A DNA stretch of 64,000 nucleotides from contig OZ037766.1 in the NCBI GenBank assembly GCA_964035545.1, positions 5,260,722 through 5,324,721 on the forward strand, in the 5' to 3' direction. Position 1 is the stretch's first letter; the number at the start of each line of letters is the position of its first letter. The position numbers and the translations under genes are program-made. Shown here one piece after another: positions 40,501-49,171 of the stretch. This DNA is from Bugula neritina (taxonomy: Eukaryota; Animalia; Bryozoa). The notes under the pieces are model-generated. The model was not told the origin of the DNA. It searched no databases and saw nothing but the letters and a program-made list of their open reading frames with translations.

Positions 40501-43324
40501 AGAACCGATGCTGAGAGAATTCACGACGAGGTTGAAAAACAGGTTAAACGCTGTTGCTGTCAAAAGCAATTTGCCATTCAAAAAGTATCTGATAATAAAT
40601 ATGTGGTAAGTAATGGGTGTTATTAAGAGTTATCTTCTTTTATGTGCTATGAGCAGGTGTTACCCACAGCAAAGGTTAGTGTTTGCTGTTAGGGCTGCTA
40701 TTTCATAAGTTAATAATGTCATGGCTGCTTGCCAAAATTAAAAGTACTGGTTTGACAATTATCATGTTGGTCAATTCAAATGAACCATTATAATTTCATT
40801 TTGGGCAGAATTTTCATTTCTTGAGATTTAAAAGATAACATTTTGAAGGGCTGCCTTCTTCATCTATTTTCTCTTATTAAACGTTGTAAACAAATACTCA
40901 AACTTCATTTCTTTTATCCCCAACTTATATTAGTTTTTAAACACAATTATTATTGCAAATGTCTTTAAATTTTAGTTGTATCAAATTGAAAAGGTAAAGA
41001 TACTTTTTAAACCAACAGATAGCTGGTTATTTTGGGGAGAGGGAGTTGTTTTCCCGGTTCATAAGTTTAGTTAATGTTTAAATGCATGTGTAGTGTCGCA
41101 AGTTTAGTGGTTTAGTTATAGAAGTAGAACTTTAGCCATGCTGTGTCCTTGAATATATCAGTTTATCTGCAGTCAGTCTGTATCTGCAGTTAGTCTGTAT
41201 CTACAGTTAGTATGTATCTGCAGTTAGTTTATCGGCAGTCAGCTTATCTGCAGTCAGATTTTATTTTTATTTTAGTTTGGAGAATCTCAGAAGTTGAGAT
41301 TAGTGCGAATTCTTAGAAGTACTGTGATGGTAAGAGTAGGGGGAGGTTGGCAGGCGTTGGACGAATTTCTGGTGAAGAATGACCCATGTAGAGGTAAGAA
41401 CACGAGCTAGTAAATGATTAAATTTATATTAATAATAATAATGATTAGTTATTGATGTATTATTAATTATATTAGTTTTATTAACATTTTCTAAGAGTTG
41501 TCTGTTCAACGTCATAACTGTGAAATCTGCTACTTCTGCACAGGGCAATGGGTGTAGTTAAATCATAATCTATAATAGCTATACACACAGTTACCTTAGA
41601 TAATGGAACTTTATACCATTTACATGTCACTTAGAATTTTAATATTTATAAAATGTTTACATAAATTATTTGTCACTTCCTGTTTGCAGTGTGCTCGTGG
41701 TCGCCACACATGAGGCGATTATCTGTGTCAAGAGGGGCAACTCCTGATTTAGCCCTCGTCTACTTTCTAGGTTGATATAGCTTGATATATGCATGTGCCT
41801 TTCAAACATTGAGAAGTTATGAGTTCTTGTTGTACAGTTACTTTAGTGCTGTTTAGCCTCAGTTCTAAGTTGTATATATACTAGCAATTGGATGCATTGA
41901 ATATCTTAGACTAACATTGCTTTGCCTATAGCCTGTCTTCCATAAATACCTACCGTATCTACAGTGTTGATAATACAGTGTAGATATCATTGTGAGCTGC
42001 CAATACAGACACCACGCTAGATAGGGAATGTCACACACCTGTTCAGTATCTTCTACGTGTTACTGTAAGGTTATGGGACCAGAAAAAATGTAGTTTTTAA
42101 ATTCCTAACATAGCATCTTTTTATGAATCTTCTGGTGTCATAACCTTTCTGTAACACTTATCACAGTATGTAAGCTATAAAAGCTTACTACATATTCTTT
42201 TACGTATGTGCATGTTGTAGACATATTATATTTATTACATAGCTGTGTACTAACTACACTTATCTTCTCATGTTTTGTTTAAACACAAAATGCTTTTTAA
42301 CTCGTTTTAACGTTGTAAGAGAATGTCATCACCCATCTGCTTGTTTCAAATGATGATTTTAATTTAAATTATCATTATAAAAATGTATGAAAATATTATG
42401 TTGAAATATTTCTATTCTTTGCTATTACGATTGAAGACAACTTGGAATAATTTTATTTTGCATTACCAGCTAAAGGAAGAACAAATACAGAGTTGAGAGA
42501 GAAGTTTATTCTGTCTGAGAATGTTGTTGGGCAGGGAATGTCTAGTTTCACAAACAAACCAAGCACTAGCAGCAAGTTGTCAGGTGGAACTCGCTCCGGC
42601 AGCACTACTCCTGTGAGTCCTATGGCAGCATTATTTTAAATTATCACTTCCACTAATTCAACTTTGCAACATGTTCTTTGATATGCTTTCTCTCTCAGCC
42701 TTTTAGGTGCTGCTTCGACAATTATAGTGAATCTAAGCTGCCAAGCCACTGTGTGACACTCTGTGTATGCATGAGTTAATATGTTTTAGATAAGCCATCC
42801 CTATCACAGCCATTACGGCCACAGTCATCATCTCACACCCCCTACGCCTGTTCAGAGAGGGACAACTCCTGATAGAGAGGTCTCTGCTATCATGTCATAC
42901 AAGTCCAGGGAGTCTCCTTCCTACACTCATTTAGGTATTTGTTGCCAGCTCAGGGTATATCCAGCACATTCTAACAGATTCCGAGTAAACTGAATCTATT
43001 CAAGCATTTTAGGTTTACTTGTATCAAGTTTGTTTGCTTATTTCATACGTACAGTTACAGTGGTATATTTACATCAACAGCCATTACATGTATATATTGT
43101 GAACAACTAGATAATATCTATGTTCAGGTGGGGCAACCAACAGTCTTTCTTCTTCAAGAGCATCAAGTAGATGTTCAGAAGCTAGTGAAGATGCTGAACC
43201 ATATGCAGTAAGGGATACAGCGAACAACAGCAGAACTACCCCATCTGGTCACAATTCAGTTGGTCCCAAGTCTAGGATTCCTCTCTCTAGAAATTCCTCC
43301 ATGCGAAAACCGTCATATCGTTGA
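476..43324 (+). CDS. MACF1: Spectraplakin (MACF1/dystonin/Shot-like), multi-exon, 5' end lies upstream of the window
   Basis: GT-AG exons in consistent phase encode plakin repeats, many spectrin repeats (e.g. [58 protein letters not shown]), EF-hands, a GAR domain ([33 protein letters not shown]) and a KSRIP tail; TGA at 43322-43324. The symbol marks the family, not 1:1 orthology. Confidence 0.93.
5524..5730 (+). CDS. Probable alternative terminal exon of a short plakin-repeat isoform (DPISFP...HHYAEIRQ*)
   Basis: TTGCAG acceptor, phase 0 matching the upstream 39-nt exon 4658-4696; stop at 5730; AU-rich UTR with AATAAA at 6430-6435. Confidence 0.6.
   Translation, partial: DPISFPTNTDEASNVMVMHVRNNQTLPATLPARVDNAGDRYSTLPSNIPISLPAHLKQVDHHYAEIRQ
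6645..37318 (+). CDS. Spectraplakin spectrin-repeat rod exons
   Basis: Exons such as 6645-6791, 6982-7160, 7774-7933, 8467-8700, 8969-9190, 9753-9848 and 10198-10385 translate to spectrin repeats with the conserved helix-A Trp (…LxxWL…). Confidence 0.9.
7191..7263 (-). tRNA. tRNA-Val(AAC)
   Basis: Reverse complement GGTCGTGTGGTGTAGTGGTTATCACGTCTGCTTAACACGCAGAAGGTCGCGGGTTCGAAACCCGCCATGACCT folds as a full cloverleaf with anticodon AAC; a T6 terminator follows. Confidence 0.9.
8044..8203. mobile_element. ~150-160 bp MITE, copy 1
   Basis: TIR CAGTAATGGAGAAATTGAG…CTCAATTTCTCCACTACTG; internal sequence shared with the 15513 and 34232 copies. Confidence 0.8.
9849..9954 (+). repeat. Minisatellite, 20-bp unit GAGTAGTATAGAGTTAGATA
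   Basis: About 5 tandem units starting at the splice donor of exon 9753-9848. Confidence 0.85.
13541..13653 (+). repeat. 30-bp tandem repeat spanning a splice acceptor
   Basis: (TTATTAG|ATTGTGGAAGAGTTTATCTCGTA) about 4 times; the last copy is the real exon start (IAEEYAPR). Confidence 0.85.
15513..15657. mobile_element. MITE, copy 2 (inverted)
   Basis: Reverse-orientation copy of the 8044/34232 element, flanked by TA on both sides. Confidence 0.8.
16836..17249 (+). repeat. Minisatellite, 21-bp unit GTCAGTTATAGTCATAGTACT
   Basis: About 20 units; the first unit (GTGAGTTATAG…) is the splice donor. Confidence 0.95.
20677..20797 (+). repeat. 44-bp tandem repeat, ~2.8 copies
   Basis: CTGTGCTCTTGTAATCTCGCTCCTATCTAGTG… at 20677, 20721 and 20765. 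Confidence 0.85.
21553..21675. repeat. Imperfect ~120-bp palindrome (probable foldback MITE)
   Basis: GTAGGGCAACTCCAGTAATTCGTAATTTTTAAAGATGAGTT pairs with AATTCATCTTTTAAAAATTACGAATCGCTGGAATTACTCTAC. Confidence 0.7.
21760..22316 (+). repeat. Minisatellite, 25-bp unit ACTGAACTCACCTGTATAGACTAGT with 18-bp variants
   Basis: More than 20 units, ending just upstream of the acceptor AG at 22327-22328. Confidence 0.95.
23188..23269 (-). tRNA. tRNA-Ser(GCT)
   Basis: Reverse complement GACGAGGTGGCCGAGTGGTTAAGGCGATGGACTGCTAATCCAT…GTGGGTTCGAATCCCATCCTCGTCG, 82 nt with a long variable arm; a T-run follows. Confidence 0.96.
23862..23941 (+). tRNA. tRNA-Leu(TAG)
   Basis: GGTAGCATGGCCGAGTGGTCTAAGGCGCTGGTTTTAGGCACCAGTCCGAAAGGGCGTGGGTTCGAATCCCACTGCTGCCA; anticodon TAG, variable arm, downstream T-run. 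Confidence 0.95.
31222..31323 (+). repeat. 13-bp minisatellite GTACCACTAGGGG
   Basis: About 8 degenerate units beginning exactly at the GT donor. Confidence 0.8.
32600..32770 (+). mobile_element. Degenerate tRNA-headed SINE-like element
   Basis: A-box-like GTGGCCTAGGCATTAG and B-box-like GGGTTGAATTCC, followed by a non-tRNA body; no intact cloverleaf. Confidence 0.4.
34232..34389. mobile_element. MITE, copy 3
   Basis: TA|GGTGCAGTAATGGAGAAATTGA…TCAATTTCTCCACTACTACTCC|TA; TA flanks suggest the Tc1/mariner type. Confidence 0.8.
34723..34794 (+). pseudogene. tRNA-like element (Ala-like pseudogene or SINE head)
   Basis: Good A box (GTGGTGTAATGG), B box (GGGTTCGAATCCC), D and T arms; anticodon stem does not pair. 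Confidence 0.6.
35018..35245 (+). repeat. 53-bp minisatellite, ~4 copies
   Basis: GTATCxGTATACTACGTGTTGxTGTAACCT…, period 53, fills most of the intron from the donor. Confidence 0.9.
36271..36514 (+). repeat. 33-bp minisatellite GGTAACATAACTCCTGTAATGATACAACT(TGGT/CAGT), ~7 copies
   Basis: Direct tandem array about 30 nt after the donor at 36240. Confidence 0.95.
38069..40349 (+). CDS. Spectraplakin EF-hand exons (38069-38231, 40231-40349)
   Basis: [18 protein letters not shown] and [14 protein letters not shown] are canonical EF loops. Confidence 0.92.
40492..43324 (+). CDS. Spectraplakin GAR domain and SxIP tail exons (40492-40605, 41276-41393, 42470-42612, 42790-42934, 43128-43324)
   Basis: [18 protein letters not shown]…KYV|[25 protein letters not shown]…NDPCR|[15 protein letters not shown]…KSRIPLSR…*; AATAAA at 43734 and 44111. 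Confidence 0.93.
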
Positions 43325-44562
43325 CTGCCATGACAGTGAACTATATGGTACCTCTAGACACCATAAGAGTTGAGAGAGGTTTAGAGGAAATGATGCATCA
43401 CATTTGAATGTATTGACTAAAAAACATGTTTTTTTGTTTCACACTGCTCTGTGTGATCACAGCTGCCCACTGTGACTGTTTGGAGTTGTCTGGCCCACAA
43501 CTCCAAGTTCAGCAAGTTTTTTTCACGTTCTCGAATTTCTTGCTCTTCTCTCTTTTTAATATACAAATTATAGCCAATAACTTTACTCTCTTATACCATG
43601 ACCATTATAGTGTTTCAAATTTTTTCAAGTTTGTTTCTAATCTATCTTTAATTGCTGTGCATTTTGATGATTTGCATGCATTCACCTCTCTATGCTTTTA
43701 TTAATGAACAATTATGTAGTCAAAGACCACACAAATAAAGACACATGCTATTCTTTAAAGGAAAAAAAGATATCCTATCCATTTGTATACTTTCTGTAGT
43801 CTGTTCAATCAGTTAATTGTTGTTGGTTTATCTTCAATTTTATTTTACTGTATTTTAAATCACAATAATTAACAGCTTTTAAAATATTTACATTTTTAAT
43901 ATGATAAATTATTATATTCAACTGAATTATGATTATTTTGTGGGTGCAGCTGATTTCACTCTAGTAATAAGAGTGGTGGCAAACACTACTTTATAAAGTA
44001 TAATAATATTCAAATTTGCTATCATACATCAATGCTTATTACATATTCAAATCTAATTTCACAGGTTGTCTTTTGTTTTATTTCAGATTTTAATTTTTTT
44101 CAGTCACAACAATAAATATGTTGACAAGCAACATTTATCATGTCCATGAAATTTTGCCTGCATCACTTTATGTTGACTGTTATTTCTGGTTGGTATAAAA
44201 GTTGATTGTTTTAATAGCTAATGGTTAAATGAGTTATAAAATGTTTTAGACTCTGGCCAGCTGCTTCATCTGACATTTCTGGTAAAATTTCCTTACTGAG
44301 ATAATAGTTGTACTTGTGGCAAAATATTTAAAAAAAAACTACAGCTCTATTTAGAGTTTTGAGCACTTTGTCTATACGAGTAAATGAATCAACGGTAAAT
44401 GCATAATAAAAAATACTTAATTTGTAGAACTGCCATTATGACTGTGGTAAAATAATTTAAAGGCAAGGAACACGATGTAATAATAATATTAATCATAAAA
44501 ATTTACACGATTTTTCATGTTACTGTTGGACGTTAAAACATTGTGATTTTTTGTAAAATAAA

Positions 44563-44635
44563 TGCGTCACTTGGGAATCGTACCCGAGACAATCTGGCTC
44601 GCAAGCAAATGTGCTAACCATTACACCACGAAGAC
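44563..44635 (-). pseudogene. tRNA-like element related to the 34723 copy
   Basis: Reverse complement GTCTTCGTGGTGTAATGGTTAGCACATTTGCTTGCGAGCCAG…; degenerate stems. Confidence 0.55.
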
Positions 44636-45386
44636 AAATGACTACAGCCGTCACTATACACGATAAGGTTAAATACAATTACTTCGTTTACAGTTGAATC
44701 TAAATAGCAAAAAACTTTCACACATTTTTAACACTAACAAAGCTCATTAACTTGGAACTGCAGTACAGCAACTCTCAAAATTTTCTAGCAACCTACAGCG
44801 AGTGTAAAAATGGCTGTCAACATTCGTCTTCTCTAGACTGGTATATCCAAAGTGGATATCTACCACTCTGGTCTTCCCAACTCTGGTGCACCACTGTAAC
44901 TAAATAGCATCGTGCTCTCGTGCGTTCTCGCGTTCGGGAGGTAAAACCGAAGAAGAGCAGACGCACTGCGAATGTACCAAGGCTGCTATCATTATGGTTA
45001 TAGGATTGTGTGCTGAGCGAAGTTTTCAATTGGTACTGTGACTCGTAGAAGCACTCTCCACAGCAAATATCTTTTTAAATGTTTTTAATTACTAATGAAA
45101 AGACTTAAAAAGTATGTAATTTTGCCACACAAAGCACGAAGACTGAGTACTAGTGAGTTGAAAGTAAAAAGTTCGTATAAAAATGATTAAAATATTTTTA
45201 TTGAATCATTCTTATCTTAGAAAAAAAGGTGGATGTCATGAAAAATGTATAAGCAGATAAATATATATTCATAGAATTTTTTAAATAAATTTTATAAATA
45301 AATAATTATGTGAAATGCTAAATTTGGATCTTGAAATGTGTGCTTGAAAACAGTTTTATTTAAGAATTAGGTTAGTTAGGTTTCAG

Positions 45387-45490
45387 CCAATCAGATTACA
45401 CGAGCAGCGCGTGCACCACGAGCAGCACGTGCACCACGAGCACTAAGACGTCAGCTATCAGCATATATAAGGGAGCGCTTGAGTCAGCAT
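45387..45490 (+). promoter_or_regulatory. Pol II promoter of orphan gene copy 1
   Basis: CCAAT at 45387, 18-bp repeats containing CACGAG/RCGTG, CRE-like AGACGTCA near 45446, TATATAA at 45464-45470, AP-1 TGAGTCA at 45480; ATG at 45558. Confidence 0.7.
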
Positions 45491-45557
45491 TACACAGTTA
45501 CAAGACTTATCTCGAGGCACGCTGCAGAGACTACTACAGATACAGACTTGAACAATC

Positions 45558-46469
45558 ATGGCTAAATCTTCCACCTTCAAGGAATCTCAAAGAAAACAGA
45601 GAAGTTTATTAAGACCAGTGGTGAAAACAGGAAATGGCACCACCATACAGCACAGACTGTTGAGATCTTTAACTATTACTAAAGATGGCAATTTACGGAG
45701 TGCAAGTTGTTTAAAGAGGTCAGTAAAGGTTGCAGCTAGATTGAAAATGAGAAGAAGAAACTACCTGTTAAAGAAACATGAGAGTTATCTTCAACAAAGG
45801 CAAGAGTTTCATTACTGGGATGCAGAAACAGTAGAACGAGTTTGTCTGTGGAAAAAGACACGAGCTGACTGTCAGGAAGATCAGGAATATCTTGAAAAGT
45901 TATCTAGAGATGCATATAATTTTATAAGCAACCCTAGCAATGATAGAAGGCTGGCTTTAGACAAAATCAATGAGTTGGAGAAAGTAACAAGAAAACTGAA
46001 TGATAACTTTGAACAGGACTTTATCAGAGTGAGTGATACTTTCATTAGTATATGTTTAGTAGTTACAGTTTTCATTACCGTTTTAATTGAAGTTAAACAT
46101 GCCATTAAAGAAATTGATTTATTCAATTTCCAAATAGCTAGCTGTTAAGCTAGCTATATTGAAAATTGAATATGTAGCTGAAAGCTAACAAAAAAGCCTT
46201 TTTACTTCATTTCAAATTGTTTTATATCTTGTAATAAGCTACATTAAAAATAGCATATCTAACTAGTAGTAAAACGCTATTCAGTAAATTTTAAAATCCA
46301 GACTGTTGTAGTATTGCATTCTATTATTTGGTCTCCCCATACTAACAATATATATTTTTTTCAGGAGTTAGGCCCAAATGTCAGCAGCAGAAGATTATAT
46401 TCAAGAGGTGATGGGCCCAGACGATATATTGATATATATCACCCAGATAGTTTTGGTAGTAATTACTAA
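45558..46469 (+). CDS. Uncharacterised 191-aa protein, copy 1 (exons 45558-46028, 46365-46469)
   Basis: ATG downstream of a TATA box, GTGAGT donor, T-rich CAG acceptor, in-frame exon 2 (ELGPNV…FGSNY*), AATAAA at 46912; frame preserved in the paralog. Confidence 0.75.
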
Positions 46470-47131
46470 GACTGTGACTTGAGCTGTGACCTCCCAGTCC
46501 CTGCAATGGCTGATAGAGCAAAGAACATGGTCAGAAGGAGTACTCATCCAGGTTTTTCTAATAATGACTCTCTTTTATGCAGTAGATTTATTTATTTTGT
46601 CATCTGTAATGGCAGTTTAGACCATATCCAAAACTACTTTACATAGTGTACATTATAGTTGTATGGAGCTTACTTTATTTAATGCCCTGTACAGTCACTT
46701 AGATGTATAAATTAACTTAATGTATATAATTATGCAATTTTATTTATTTCTTATTTATGAATTCATAAATAATGTAACTTGTGAAGCTAGCTAGAATTAA
46801 ATTTTTATTGTCTATTTAAAATGAGATGTCTTGTATGTTTTTGAATATATTTATTTTATCTTTCTGTCTTAATTGTAAAGCAAGTAGCTGCTTTTTTCAG
46901 TTTAACAAATTAATAAATAAACTTTCTTTCTGCTAATACACACCTTTTTCTCATTGGTTTAGTATTAGCACCTAGCATATAAACACATGCACACATTCCC
47001 ATATACATATAATATAATGGATATACACACAATATGTTGTTAATCTACAAGTGCTGTATTACAAATGAATATTACAAACTTGTGTTTAGTTCACCCTAAC
47101 GGCATGTGTATCTGCAACTGCTATTTATTGG

Positions 47132-47229
47132 ATGGAAAAAAAATTCACGACGAGGTTGAGAAACAGGTTAAACGCTGTTGCTGTCAAAAGCAATTTGCCA
47201 TTCAAAAAGTATCTGATAATAAATATGTG
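47132..47229 (+). pseudogene. Degenerate copy of first GAR exon
   Basis: [18 protein letters not shown]… retained, but the acceptor AG is changed to GG and ~16 nt are deleted. Confidence 0.75.
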
Positions 47230-48191
47230 GTAAGTAATGGAGGTGATTAAGAGTTATCTTCTTTTATGTGCTATGAGCAGGTGTTGCCCACAGCAAAAAT
47301 TAGTGTTTGCTGTTTGGGTTGCTATTTCATAAATTAATAATGTCATGGCCGCATGCCAAAATTAAAAGTGCTTTTTTTCTTTACAGAAAAAAAGATATCC
47401 TATCCATTTGTATAATTTCTGTAGTCTGTTCAATCAGTTAATTGTTGTTGGTTTATCTTTGATTTTATTTTATTATATTTTAAATCACAATAATTAACAG
47501 CTCTTAAAATATTTACATTTTTAATATGATAAATTATTATATTCAACTGAATTATGATTATTTTGTAGGTGCAGCTGATTTCACTCTAGTAATAAGAGTG
47601 GTGGCAAACACTACTTTATAAGGTATAATAATATTCAAATTTGCTATCATACATCAATGCTTATTACATATTCAAATCTAATTTCACAAGTTGTTTTTTG
47701 TTTTATTTCAGATTTTAATTTTTTTCAGTCACAACAATGAATATGTTGACAAGCAACATTTATCATGTCCATGAAATTTTGCCTGCATCACTTTATGTTG
47801 ACTGTTATTTCTGGTTGGTATAAAAGTTGATTGTTTTAACAGCTAATGATTAAATGAGTTATAAAATGTTTTAGACTCTGGCCAGCTGCTTCATCTGACA
47901 TATCATTTTCGAGTAAAGTTTCCTTACTGAAATATTAGTTGTACTTGTGGCAAAATATTTAAAAAAAACTACAGCTCTATTTGGAGTTTTGAGCACTTTG
48001 TCTATACAAGTAAATGAATTAACTGTAAATGCATAATAAAATAACTCAATTTGTAGAACTGCCAGTGTGACTGTGGTAAAATAATTTAAAGGCAAGGATC
48101 ATGATAAAATAATAATAATATAACTCATAAAAATCTACATGATTTTTCATGTGACTGTTGGACGTTAAAACATTGTGATTTGAAAAATAAT

Positions 48192-48264
48192 TGCCTCCTT
48201 TGGGAATCGAACTCGAGACTGTCTGGCTCGCTAGCAAATGTGCTAGCCATTTCACCACGAAGAC
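48192..48264 (-). pseudogene. tRNA-like element (duplicate of 44563-44635)
   Basis: Reverse complement GTCTTCGTGGTGAAATGGCTAGCAC…GAGTTCGATTCCC…GGAGGCA. Confidence 0.55.
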
Positions 48265-49018
48265 GTATGACCACGATCGTCACTATACACGATAAGCTTA
48301 AATACAATTACTTCGTTTACAGTTGAATCTAAATAGCAAAAAACTTTCACGCATTTTTAAAACTAACAAAGCTCATTAACTTGAAACGGCAGTACAGCAA
48401 CTCACAAAATTTTCTAGCAACCTACGGCGAGTGTAAAAATGGCTGTCAACATTCGTCTTCTCTAGACTGGTATAACCAGAGTGGATGTCTACCACTCTGG
48501 TCTTCCCAACTCTAGTGCACCACTGTAACTAATTAGCATTGAAGCTCTCGTGCGTTCTCGCGTTCGGGAGGTAAAACCGAAGAGGAGCAGACGCACTGCG
48601 AATGTACCAAGGCTGCTATCATTATGGTTATAGGATTGTGTGCTGAGCGAAGTTTTCAATTGGTACTGTGACTCGTAGAAGCACTCTTCACAGCAAATAT
48701 CTTTTTAAATGTTTTTAATTACTAATGAAAAGAATTAAAAAGTATGTAATTTTGCCACACAAAGCACAAAGACTGAGTACTAGTGAGTTGAAAGTAAAAA
48801 GTTCAATTAAAAATGATTAAAATATTTTTATTGAATCATTCTTATCTTAGAAAAAAAAGGTGGATGTCATGAAAAATTTATAAGCAGATAAATATATATT
48901 CATAGAATTTTATTCATTAAATTTTATAAATAAATAATTATGTAAAATGCTAAATTTGGATTTTGAAATGTCTGCTTGAAAACAGTTTTATTTAAGAATT
49001 AGGTTAGTTAGGTTTCAG

Positions 49019-49105
49019 CCAATCAGATTACACGAGCAGCACGTGCACCACGAGCACTAAGACGTCAGCTATCAGCGTATATAAAGGAGCGCTTGAGTCA
49101 GCATT
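49019..49105 (+). promoter_or_regulatory. Pol II promoter of orphan gene copy 2
   Basis: Same CCAAT, CACGAG, AGACGTCA, TATATAA and TGAGTCA array with one fewer 18-bp repeat. Confidence 0.7.
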
Positions 49106-49171
49106 ACACAGTTGCAAGACTTATCCCGAGGCACGCTGCAGAGACTACTACAGATACAGACTTGAACAATC

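Larger units (their letters stand above)
40404..47043 (+). repeat. Tandem segmental duplication, unit 1 (~6.6 kb)
   Basis: Sequence starting TCTACAAG(C/T)GCTGTATTACAAATG recurs at 47044 and 50726 with collinear downstream identity. Confidence 0.9.

Noticed and set aside
44805-44985. Y RNA, RNase P, SRP or U3 identity for the structured element
   Set aside because: Only fragmentary resemblance (TTGACAGCC-TTTTT end, GGGAAGACCAGAG); the required partner motifs are absent.
46029-46148. Hydrophobic C-terminal tail of the 196/194-aa ORFs as a transmembrane anchor
   Set aside because: It lies after a strong GTGAGT donor and the ORF ends differ between copies, so it is most likely intron read-through; intron retention is not excluded.
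45387-46469. Orphan gene as XBP1/bZIP with an ERSE promoter, or as antizyme
   Set aside because: CCAAT-to-CACG spacing is not N9; no bZIP basic-region signature, IRE1 twin hairpins or frameshift site seen.
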